Below are positions 9,096 through 17,799 of a stretch of DNA of 64,000 bases, piece after piece. The notes beneath the pieces were generated by a model, which had not been told where the DNA came from, ran no database searches, and saw only the letters and a list, made by a program, of their open reading frames with translations. The position numbers and the translations under genes are program-made. This stretch comes from Candidatus Hermodarchaeota archaeon (GTDB lineage: Archaea > Asgardarchaeota > Lokiarchaeia > Sigyniarchaeales > SOKP01), in assembly GCA_048885525.1 (NCBI GenBank), contig JBHLLP010000002.1:67451-131450 (forward strand). The letters run 5' to 3'. Numbering within the stretch: the first letter of the stretch is position 1; the number at the start of each line of letters is the position of its first letter.

Positions 9096-10010
9096 ATGAT
9101 TGAAAATAAAAATAATAAATCGGCTGAGTCAAATAATAAAGAAAAGTGTTGTAGAAATCCAAATATTAATATTAGAAATGGGGCAAAGGTATGTTTAAAT
9201 TGTGGTATGGTAATAGGCGTTGTATTACTACAGAAAGAAAGAAGAGCTTTCACTTTAGATGAAAGAAGAAAAAGAAAGCGAACTGAAAAAAGGTGGAGAG
9301 CTTATGGTCCCAGGACCATTCTTTCAAATGAAATTATAGACAGTAAAGGTAAAATCATTGATGCTAAAAAAAGATTAAAAATTAAACGTTTATCAAAAAT
9401 ACAAAGATCTTTAACTACAGGAATAGAGAGAAATTTATGGGAAGCTGAGCCAAAAATGTCATATCTGGTTTCTAAATTAAATATTCCTGATTATGTTTTT
9501 AAAACGGCCTGGACAATTTATAAATCTGCTGCGGAAAAGAAATTAACAATGGGTAGATCGATTAAAGGATTTATAGCTGCTTCTTTATATGTTGCAATAC
9601 GAACTTATGAAATTCCTCGGTTATTAGAAGAAATAACTGACGCTCTCTTTATCTCTCGAAGAACTGTCATTCGTTCTTTAGGAATATTATTTAGAGAAAT
9701 ATTACCAGATCTTAATCTTAAATATAAACCAATTACACCAGAACAATTAGTATTTAAATTTGGAAATGAGTTAAAAATACCTATCAAAATACAAAAAAAA
9801 GCAGTTAATTTACTAAGATATTCGTCTAATAGAGGGCTTTCTACTAATGGAAAAGATCCAAAAGGATTTGCAGCTTCAGCTATTTATATGGCGGCAAAAT
9901 CTACTGATCATCGTAAAACTCAGAGTCAAGTTTCAGATACAGCAAAAATCACAGAAGTAACTTTAAGAACTAGAATAAAAGAAATTAAAGAATTATCCCG
10001 TTTAAATTAA
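9096..10010 (+). CDS. tfb: Transcription initiation factor B (TFB/TFIIB family)
   Basis: N-terminal Cys ribbon (KCCRNP...VCLNCGMV), basic linker and two cyclin-like repeats (IKGFIAASLYVAIR..., PKGFAASAIYMAAK...). Confidence 0.85.
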   Translation: MIENKNNKSAESNNKEKCCRNPNINIRNGAKVCLNCGMVIGVVLLQKERRAFTLDERRKRKRTEKRWRAYGPRTILSNEIIDSKGKIIDAKKRLKIKRLSKIQRSLTTGIERNLWEAEPKMSYLVSKLNIPDYVFKTAWTIYKSAAEKKLTMGRSIKGFIAASLYVAIRTYEIPRLLEEITDALFISRRTVIRSLGILFREILPDLNLKYKPITPEQLVFKFGNELKIPIKIQKKAVNLLRYSSNRGLSTNGKDPKGFAASAIYMAAKSTDHRKTQSQVSDTAKITEVTLRTRIKEIKELSRLN

Positions 10011-10020
10011 GAGTGTATTC

Positions 10021-12075
10021 ATGAATTCGAAAGGGTTATTTTTAGTAAGTCCTAACATAGGACATCCCAAAATATTGAATATTGATAGTAAATTAACTAA
10101 AAAAGACTTTAAAACAGATTTATTAATCATATCTAATATAAAGAATCCAAAAAAAGTAAAAGAATTCTTAACAGATAATATTAAATTAATACCTATTTTT
10201 GACTATAAGTGGAAATTAGAACAACTTCTAAAAAAAAGAGGTTTAAGAAAAAAAATCAAACGATTATGGAGAAAAATAAAAGCTTTTTTCTCATTTAGAA
10301 AAAAGGAAAAACATTTTGAAAGTTCAATAGAAGAATTAGACAAGTTTGGAGAAAAACAAAAAAGAACAGTAAAAATAAAAAAGAAGGATATAAAGAAAAT
10401 AAAGCCTCGCGCTTTTAGGGGAATCCCAATAATTACTAAAATCATAAATATAATATCAACAACCTCAATAAAGATCAATAACTCAAAATATATTGATGAT
10501 CAATATTGTAGACCTCAGAATTATTTAAGAAAATTAGACGTTTTTGATAATTTGGATTATTTCTTTAAAATTACTTTAGAATTTAAAATAACTGATGAGA
10601 TTTTAAAATTTTTGTCAACCAAAAAGTTCGTAATGTTTGACATTTTAGTTGAAGATATAAATTTGGACAAAGAAATAAATTATCACGCTATTGTAATTTC
10701 AAAAAACGATTGGACAAATATCAATATCATACAAGCAACTGATTTACATATAGCTAAAAGAAATGATGAAATATTTGATAAAATAAATAAAATGTATCGA
10801 AATCTTAGAAGTAAAAATATTAAAAAAATAAATCAAATAGAAACTAATCAACTAAACTCAAAAGATAAAGGTGATATTAGAAAATCTCTTTTTAAAATTG
10901 ATCTCTCATTTAAAAAGAGACTGATTAATCCAAACAATCTTTTTAGAAAATTTATTGAGATTGTAAATAAGAAAGTAACCAAAAATGAAATTGACTTTAT
11001 AATTATTACAGGAGATATTGTAGATTTTACTAATATTAGTAAAACACCAGAAAATAAAAATAAAATTTTTAGGTATAAAAAGAGTAATTGGAAAGTCTTC
11101 AAAATAATTGTCTTGAATATAAATCAGACTAATACTAAGGGTGTTAAAAGATCAACGGAAATATTATGTCCAATCTTTACCATTCCCGGCAATCATGATT
11201 ATCGCCCTTGGCAGTATGATTTAAATTGGGGAGGAATTTATAAAAAAATAGGGCTTAAAAAAATTGAAGCTCAAGCATTAAAAGATGAATATTCAGCTTC
11301 TCCAATCAAAGCTATTTTAAAAAGTGAAAATGCATTAAAAGGATATTTGTCCGAAATAAATGCTTCACTAAATTACTATTTAAAATTAGAAAATTCTGTG
11401 TTTATTTTTTTAAATACTGGGGCGGATTCCTATAAAAAAATAACAGATTTTATATCAGGAAGCCCTTCTCTAACAGGTCTTACTCACAGGCAAATAGAAT
11501 TTTTAAATAATATTATTGAATATAAGCACAATAAAAAATCTCAAATTTTTCTTTGTTTGCATGCACCTCCTATAAATACAAGAGAGAAACGAGGTATATT
11601 AAGCCGAATAAAGAAAAAATTTAAAAAAATGATGAGAATACATTTAGATCAGTTCAAAGAATCTAAATTTGCAAGTCTAAAAAGGAAAAGAGAAAAAGCC
11701 AGAATTGATAATAAATTTAATATAACATATGGAACGATTTCTTCTAATTGGGAGAAATTGATTGATTTTTGTATCAAATATTGTATTCTAACTATCTCAG
11801 GTCATACACACATGTTAAATGAATATAGATTGAAAAAATCTTTACAAAATAGCTCTAATGATAAGGAAGTGAAAAATTCATCTTTTTCAGTATTTTATGA
11901 TGATTATTCTGAGATTTGTAAAAACATAAAGGATATTCAAAAATATAGTCCCTTTATAGTTCAAACTCCTGCGCTAGGATTAAAATCCTTTAAAAGACTT
12001 AAGAAAGCAGGAGCATATCGAGAAATAATAATAAAAAATGGAAAATTAGATTCATTTCAAGTTAAATATCTATAA
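10021..12075 (+). CDS. Calcineurin-like metallophosphoesterase with long Lys-rich N-terminal region
   Basis: All five MPE motifs are present in order: ATDLHIA, ITGDIVDF, PGNHDYRP, CLHAPP, SGHTHMLN. The first ~230 aa are lysine-rich and unassigned. Confidence 0.65.
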   Translation: MNSKGLFLVSPNIGHPKILNIDSKLTKKDFKTDLLIISNIKNPKKVKEFLTDNIKLIPIFDYKWKLEQLLKKRGLRKKIKRLWRKIKAFFSFRKKEKHFESSIEELDKFGEKQKRTVKIKKKDIKKIKPRAFRGIPIITKIINIISTTSIKINNSKYIDDQYCRPQNYLRKLDVFDNLDYFFKITLEFKITDEILKFLSTKKFVMFDILVEDINLDKEINYHAIVISKNDWTNINIIQATDLHIAKRNDEIFDKINKMYRNLRSKNIKKINQIETNQLNSKDKGDIRKSLFKIDLSFKKRLINPNNLFRKFIEIVNKKVTKNEIDFIIITGDIVDFTNISKTPENKNKIFRYKKSNWKVFKIIVLNINQTNTKGVKRSTEILCPIFTIPGNHDYRPWQYDLNWGGIYKKIGLKKIEAQALKDEYSASPIKAILKSENALKGYLSEINASLNYYLKLENSVFIFLNTGADSYKKITDFISGSPSLTGLTHRQIEFLNNIIEYKHNKKSQIFLCLHAPPINTREKRGILSRIKKKFKKMMRIHLDQFKESKFASLKRKREKARIDNKFNITYGTISSNWEKLIDFCIKYCILTISGHTHMLNEYRLKKSLQNSSNDKEVKNSSFSVFYDDYSEICKNIKDIQKYSPFIVQTPALGLKSFKRLKKAGAYREIIIKNGKLDSFQVKYL

Positions 12076-12102
12076 ATAGTTTATTCATGACATAAAAAAG
12101 CA

Positions 12103-12438
12103 GTGGAGGTGAAAACTAAAATAAAAGATGAGAAAATATGTCAGATATGTAGCTTTCCAAAAGAATTATGTATCTGTGAAAAATTAGGAGCCGAGGATCA
12201 ACAAATAGAAATTTATAATGAAAAAAGAAGATGGGGGAAAAAAGTGACCATTGCTAAGTTTAATGGTAACTTTAATATTGATTTAGATAATCTTATTACT
12301 AGAGCAAAGAAAAAGTGCGCTTCTGGTGGAACATATGGAGACAATTATATTGAAGTACAAGGAGATCATCGTTTTAGATTAAAAAAATTTCTAATTAATG
12401 AAGGTTTCCCTAAAGAAAAAATTTTAATTGAAGATTAA
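12103..12438 (+). CDS. sui1: Translation initiation factor aIF1 / SUI1
   Basis: ICQICSFPKELCICE zinc knuckle, then KRRWGKKVTI...CASGGTYGDNYIEVQGDHR, typical of archaeal SUI1. There is no in-frame ATG; the start is GTG 12103/12109 or ATA 12121 (see findings). Confidence 0.85.
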   Translation: MEVKTKIKDEKICQICSFPKELCICEKLGAEDQQIEIYNEKRRWGKKVTIAKFNGNFNIDLDNLITRAKKKCASGGTYGDNYIEVQGDHRFRLKKFLINEGFPKEKILIED

Positions 12439-12615
12439 AATTGTGAATGATGCATTAATTGGTTTAAAGCTATAGATGATTTTAGAGAATTTATAATAGA
12501 TCTGGATTATATCTTTATTATTATAGAGATTTAAAAGCCTCTCTTTTGAAATCAAAAAAAATATAAAAAATCAATAAATCACTTGAAAATTAATGATATT
12601 CTTCTTAATCCTATC

Positions 12616-13095
12616 TTATTTTTCCTTTAGAAAAAACATTTTTCTCTTGGAATGAACTGCTTCAAAAGATTCTTTATAAATTTTGATGTCTTCATGTATT
12701 TCTTCTAATTCTTCATTTTTCAGCATATTATCAAAAATTCTTTTTGTTGAGAGGTATAATTTAGGAACAAATGTATCTATTTGAGATAATTGGTAAGCTA
12801 GTTCTTTTATTGAAGAAAAATCTAATTTCAAATTAATTTCTTTCCTTTTAATTCTTTCAATAATTTTCTTCTCCAATTTTCTTCGTGAAATATTACTCCA
12901 TGTTATTTCATACACGAAATAATTGACAGACTGAACTGCTTCAGTTAAAAGGGCGGTTCCTGTTGCTATAAAAATGCTTCCCGTAATCAAATATGCTGTT
13001 AAAGTCCCTAATGCTAGCGTTAATGATCTATAAATTATACTTTTAACAATACTTTGTTTCCACTCTATTTTCGACAATTTTTTTTTTAATGTCAT
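12616..13095 (-). CDS. DUF2061-like membrane protein with C-terminal coiled-coil
   Basis: KSIIYRSLTLALGTLTAYLITGS...NYFVYEITW resembles the two-TM DUF2061 pattern. Confidence 0.45.
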   Translation of the reverse strand: MTLKKKLSKIEWKQSIVKSIIYRSLTLALGTLTAYLITGSIFIATGTALLTEAVQSVNYFVYEITWSNISRRKLEKKIIERIKRKEINLKLDFSSIKELAYQLSQIDTFVPKLYLSTKRIFDNMLKNEELEEIHEDIKIYKESFEAVHSKRKMFFLKEK

Positions 13096-13231
13096 CTCAA
13101 AGTTTTTATAATTCCTATTTTATAAGAATTTCAGTTAATATATTTAATAATTTTTTTCTTAATTAATCAATAATGAATATTCTCCAAATTGTCTTTTTGA
13201 AAAAAAAGTTTCTTTAAAAAAAAATGAAGCA

Positions 13232-13894
13232 CTAGTCATATTCTAAAGATTTATAACAAAACCACCAATCATAGCACCTATATTCCTTAGATCTTTGTTC
13301 TGCTGTTTCTTCATCTGTGGGGGGTGGTATTATAACTTGTTGACTAATTAATTCATTATTTGGCCAATTTGCAGGAATTGCAACCTTCTCTTGATCTGCA
13401 TTTTTCAGGGCTTTAATTATTCTAATAATTTCATCTATATTTCGACCAAGTTCTTGTGGATAAAAGAGAATTACTCTTATTACTGTCTTTGGATCAACAA
13501 TAAAGACAGCTCTAACAGTATTAGGTCCTTTACCAAGATGGATCATGCCCAGTCTTTTAGCAATATTACCATTATCAGCAATTATTGGAAATGGTATTTT
13601 TACTCCTAATTTTTCGGCAATCCATTCTATCCATTTTAAATGTGAAAAAACCTGATCTATGGAAAGTCCTACTAATTCACATTCTAATTTTTGGAATTCT
13701 TCATATCGCTTTGCAAAAGCTACATATTCAGTTGTACACACAGGTGTAAAATCTGCAGGATGACTAAAAAATACAAACCATTGTCGTTTAAAATCTTTTG
13801 GAATTTCTTTTTTACCGTGAGTTGTTATTACTTCCATCTCTGGAAATTTATCACCAATTAATGGAAATGAATTAGAATTTTTAGAGTTATTCAT
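13232..13894 (-). CDS. Peroxiredoxin (Prx6/1-Cys-type archaeal peroxiredoxin)
   Basis: [14 protein letters not shown] active-site motif; GAGGTGA lies 6 nt upstream of the ATG (13901..13907). Confidence 0.9.
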   Translation of the reverse strand: MNNSKNSNSFPLIGDKFPEMEVITTHGKKEIPKDFKRQWFVFFSHPADFTPVCTTEYVAFAKRYEEFQKLECELVGLSIDQVFSHLKWIEWIAEKLGVKIPFPIIADNGNIAKRLGMIHLGKGPNTVRAVFIVDPKTVIRVILFYPQELGRNIDEIIRIIKALKNADQEKVAIPANWPNNELISQQVIIPPPTDEETAEQRSKEYRCYDWWFCYKSLEYD

Positions 13895-13973
13895 ATAATT
13901 TCACCTCAGATATTTTTTTTATTATATCTTATTATATTCTTTTTAATTAGATATCAAATTTTAATCGATAATC

Positions 13974-14240
13974 TTATGGTTTTGATATTTTTTTGTTTAT
14001 GTAATCTATTATTATCAAATTTTTGGGTTCTAATTTCATTTTTCCTATATCTTTTGATATCTCATTTAAAACATTCTTTTTATTAGAACGATCTTTTATC
14101 CTTGAGATTATTTTAATTTTTAATTCTTTGTTCCTCTTAAACCTTAAATTATTTTTCTTGGTTTGTTCTAATTTTCTAATATTTCCTGATTTTAAGTATT
14201 TTTTATTATTTTTTTCATTGCTATGTGTCAAATTTTTCAT
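13974..14240 (-). CDS. Hypothetical small Lys-rich protein
   Basis: ORF only. It shares the strand of its neighbours; the overlapping + strand ORF is Phe/Leu-rich, as expected for the antisense of a Lys-rich ORF. Confidence 0.25.
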   Translation of the reverse strand: MKNLTHSNEKNNKKYLKSGNIRKLEQTKKNNLRFKRNKELKIKIISRIKDRSNKKNVLNEISKDIGKMKLEPKNLIIIDYINKKISKP

Positions 14241-14573
14241 CTGTTTATTATATTCTATTAATTCTATTATTAAATTTAACTATTACTTAATTTTCTCTGA
14301 AGTAATTTAAAATAATAATTTGAGTCTTATAGGATAATTGATTTGGTTAGTTTTTATAAACTATATATCTAAGGATTAATTTTAGATTTCCTAAGTTAAT
14401 AAATTTCAAACCATTTTTATATATTTTCTTAAAAAATACATACCTTTTAATTTTTTTGTTTTAAAAAGATAAAAATTAAAATTATTTTATTGTATAGACA
14501 TTATTAGAGTAATTATTTTATAATTTAAGGTTATTCCTATGCTCTCTTTTAAGTTTCAAATTACATAATAGAT

Positions 14574-15512
14574 TCAATTTTTATCTTTTTCTAATATTGA
14601 TTCATAAACCTTAATGTAATCATCAACCATTCTTTCAACAGAAAACTTTTTTTCAACCCATCTTCGACATTCTGAGCGATCAATAAGATCAATTTTTTTT
14701 AATGCATTAATTGCTTCTTCATGAGAATTGACTAAAAAGCCAGTTTTTCCATTTACAATTACTTCAGCCATACTACCTTTGTTAAAAGATATTACGGGTG
14801 TTCCACAAGCCATTGCCTCTACAACTGACAATCCAAATGCCTCAGGAATATTAATAGGGTTTAATAATGCATAAGCTCCTCCTAATAACTCATCTCTTTT
14901 CTTTGGATCAGCAATACCAACATACTTGACTAATTCATCATCAAGGAAAGGTTCAATATTTCTTTTAAAATAATCCTTATCTTGAATAATTCCTGCTAAG
15001 ATTAATTTCATTTCAACTTTAAGAGCCATTTCAATAGCTTCTTTAGCACCTTTATCATGATGTAAACGACCAAAAAATATTAGATAATCTTTTGGATTAG
15101 ATTTAAAAGTAAATTGGTTCAAATCTATACCATGATATACCGTAGCTATATAATTTAATTCTGGAATTCTAGCAGCATTACTTATAGAAACGTAATAACT
15201 CTGATTATTGTATTTCTTATACACAGGTAAAATTTTGGGAGATGAGATACCATGAATTGTTGTTACCACAGGAGTGGATGTCATTTTTATATATGTTAAT
15301 GGTAAAAAATCAAAATGGTTATGAATAATATCAAAATCATCTCCTCTTTCGAACAATTCAGATATATGTAAACATTCCCATACTTTTGGAATTATTTGAT
15401 TATCTTCTTCATAACCATGTTCACAAACACCAACAAGATTTGCTTTAGTAATGGAATTTTTTGTAGCAAATAAAGTGACATCAATCCCTTTCTTTATAAG
15501 TCCTTCTGTCAA
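14574..15512 (-). CDS. Glycosyltransferase family 4 (GT-B); true N-terminus probably extends to about 15593
   Basis: C-terminal GT1/GT4 core (EAFGLSVVEAMACGTPVI). The conserved GT4 N-terminus HVAILSPIAWRTPPRSYGPWEYIVSLL is encoded in frame upstream of the listed TTG start. Confidence 0.8.
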   Translation of the reverse strand: MTEGLIKKGIDVTLFATKNSITKANLVGVCEHGYEEDNQIIPKVWECLHISELFERGDDFDIIHNHFDFLPLTYIKMTSTPVVTTIHGISSPKILPVYKKYNNQSYYVSISNAARIPELNYIATVYHGIDLNQFTFKSNPKDYLIFFGRLHHDKGAKEAIEMALKVEMKLILAGIIQDKDYFKRNIEPFLDDELVKYVGIADPKKRDELLGGAYALLNPINIPEAFGLSVVEAMACGTPVISFNKGSMAEVIVNGKTGFLVNSHEEAINALKKIDLIDRSECRRWVEKKFSVERMVDDYIKVYESILEKDKN

Positions 15513-15595
15513 TAAAGAGACTATATATTCCCATGGTCCATAAGAGCGAGGAGGAGTACGCCATGCGATTGGTGAGAGTATTGCTACGTGTATTA

Positions 15596-16486
15596 TTAGT
15601 CACCTAATACAAAATTTTGCTTTTCAAGCCATTTAAGAATTTCTGAAAGACTTGCGGTTGCCAAAGCTATAGAACTATCAGCACATCCATAATAAAGTAG
15701 GATATCATCATTTTCTTGAATCCAGCCACATGGAAAAACAACTTTATCAACATCACCAAAGATTTCATACGATTCTTTTGGAGAAAAGACCCACTCATCA
15801 GATCGTGCGATTACTTTGCAGGGATCTTTTAGATCTAAAAGTCCAAGTCCTAAGCGATAAATGATACCACTAGCGGTTGTTTTAACTCCATGGTAAAGTA
15901 TTAACCATCCAGAATCAGTTTTCAATGGAGGGGGAGATAAACCAATTTTATTTGCATCCCACCAACTTCCATCTCTAGCGGGAATAAGAAGTTTGTGATC
16001 ACCCCAATGTTTAAGATCCGGTGAAAAAGCAATCCATATATGGGCACCAGTTCCTGACATTTTAGCAACGGGTCTATGAAGTATTGCCCATCGATTATTA
16101 AACTGAATTGGAAATATAGCAGCATCCTTGTTCTCTGGTGGCATAATAACCCCATAACGATTAAAATGCTTGAAATCTTTGGTACATGCTAATGAAACTA
16201 AAGGTCCAGCTTTAGAATAGGCAGTATAGATAATAACCCATAAATTTTTTTCTTCCAAGAATGTAATTCTAGGATCTTCAATACCCCATATTTCTTCTGG
16301 ATAAGTCTTAGGATTTGGTGTCATAGTAGGTTGGGTATCAATATGCCAATTACTTATTCCATCTTTACTACGAGCTAAAGTAAAATGGGAAATTCCTCTT
16401 TTATCTTCTACTCTCATTAGAAGTATAATTTCATTATGAAATTTAATTGCACCTGCATTGAAAACTGTATTCGCAAGATAAGGCAA
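15596..16486 (-). CDS. GH130-family glycoside phosphorylase/hydrolase (beta-mannoside phosphorylase-like); true N-terminus probably extends to about 16555
   Basis: VFNAGAIKF...LLMRVED...WGIEDPRITFLEE...NKDAAIFP...LHRP...IWIAFSPDLKHWG follows the five-bladed propeller GH130 pattern. The conserved FKRHPANPII lies in frame upstream of the listed TTG. Confidence 0.8.
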   Translation of the reverse strand: MPYLANTVFNAGAIKFHNEIILLMRVEDKRGISHFTLARSKDGISNWHIDTQPTMTPNPKTYPEEIWGIEDPRITFLEEKNLWVIIYTAYSKAGPLVSLACTKDFKHFNRYGVIMPPENKDAAIFPIQFNNRWAILHRPVAKMSGTGAHIWIAFSPDLKHWGDHKLLIPARDGSWWDANKIGLSPPPLKTDSGWLILYHGVKTTASGIIYRLGLGLLDLKDPCKVIARSDEWVFSPKESYEIFGDVDKVVFPCGWIQENDDILLYYGCADSSIALATASLSEILKWLEKQNFVLGD

Positions 16487-16568
16487 ATCTTTTATTGAAA
16501 TAATTGGATTGGCTGGATGCCGCTTAAAAAGCTCATTAAAATTTGATTTTACGATTAGATTAACACCT

Positions 16569-17795
16569 TTAAAATTCTAATTCTAAATTAACCTTTTGAC
16601 AAGTTTTTTTAGCTTCTCTTGCTAGTTTGTATGCTTGATTATATTGTTTAGCAATAATTTCCCAAGAAACTACATTATCAAGATATCGCTTTAAATTCTC
16701 ACCAAGTTTCAGTCGAAGATTCTCATTACAAGCTAGTTGAATTACCCTTTCTTTTAGCATTTTCTTTGTTGTAAATAATAAACCTCCACCACTTTCTAAA
16801 GTTTGAGCTGTTAATCCTTCCATTGGGGCTGTTGTTACATAAGGTTTATTTAAAGCTATTATCCTTGCTAATGTTCCAGATTGTGTTTCGTCAACCGTAG
16901 GTAATACAATGAAATCACAAATTGCCATTACTTTATAGTAGATATCTCCTCTAGGGATAAATTCATAATAATGAGCGATCCCTTTGTCTTGAAGTTCAAG
17001 AATGTCAGATTTCCACATTTCATAATCATTTTTATGATTCGGGTCTCGTAAAGTACCTGCAGCAAATAATTCCCATTTCTGACCACACTTTTCTTTTATC
17101 TTTTCATGAATCTCTCCCCAACTTGAAAGTAGTATGTCCCATCTTTTATTAGTTTGTATCCATCCAATCATTCCAACAAGATGATCTGATAAATTCAATT
17201 GATCTAAACCCAGCTCTGTCTTTAATTTATTAATTTCATCTATTCCCCATCTTTTATCAGATCGGGCACCATGTGGAACCACCATAATATTTTTTGGAGT
17301 TTCCCATCCTCGGGCTCTAAAAGACCAATCCAATCTCCACTTTTGATAATGGCATTTAAAAAAAACTACATCACTTCTTTGGCAAAGTTGATAAATAAAA
17401 TCAGCTTCAAAATCAGTAATCCGTCCATGAATAGTATGTGGTTCAACTACAATGGGATAATCATCAATTGCCTCAAGAAGTTTAAGAAAACCTTCATTTC
17501 TATCCCCTATCCCACGTTTATCTCTATATTCATAAAGTCCATATTCATGTTCTAAATGAATTGCATATGGTTTCAACTCATCAATTTTTTTTGCAATAGG
17601 TTCATACCAATCATATCTATTTATCTCAATTAAAGGAAAAACCCCTTCTCCTTCTCCATCTGTATGGCTAATTACAAAAACATCCCTTTGAGGATTTGTC
17701 TTTTGGATGAACTCTCTTGCTTCTTCAGCAAATGTAGCAATACCACAAAGTCGTGGTGGGTAAGAACTTATTATTACTATTGGTTGATTTGACAT
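16569..17795 (-). CDS. Glycosyltransferase family 4
   Basis: N-terminal PPRLCGIATFAEE motif, shared with the N-domain of the next gene, plus a GT-B C-terminal half. 4-nt gap to the upstream gene. Confidence 0.7.
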   Translation of the reverse strand: MSNQPIVIISSYPPRLCGIATFAEEAREFIQKTNPQRDVFVISHTDGEGEGVFPLIEINRYDWYEPIAKKIDELKPYAIHLEHEYGLYEYRDKRGIGDRNEGFLKLLEAIDDYPIVVEPHTIHGRITDFEADFIYQLCQRSDVVFFKCHYQKWRLDWSFRARGWETPKNIMVVPHGARSDKRWGIDEINKLKTELGLDQLNLSDHLVGMIGWIQTNKRWDILLSSWGEIHEKIKEKCGQKWELFAAGTLRDPNHKNDYEMWKSDILELQDKGIAHYYEFIPRGDIYYKVMAICDFIVLPTVDETQSGTLARIIALNKPYVTTAPMEGLTAQTLESGGGLLFTTKKMLKERVIQLACNENLRLKLGENLKRYLDNVVSWEIIAKQYNQAYKLAREAKKTCQKVNLELEF

Positions 17796-17799
17796 TTTT

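Noticed and set aside
9014-9253. 79-aa minus-strand ORF overlapping the tfb start region
   Set aside because: It overlaps the well-supported TFB N-terminus and promoter. It has a hydrophobic low-complexity peptide and no SD or motif.
12447-12506. Possible C/D-box sRNA (ATGATGC … AGATGAT … TCTGGA) in the spacer after aIF1
   Set aside because: The C box is imperfect, and no CTGA D or D' boxes occur at the required ~12-nt guide spacing. There is no terminal stem.
14023-14310. 95-aa plus-strand Phe/Leu-rich ORF
   Set aside because: It is the antisense image of the Lys-rich minus-strand ORF 13974..14240 (AAA/TTT codon mirror). All neighbours are on the minus strand.
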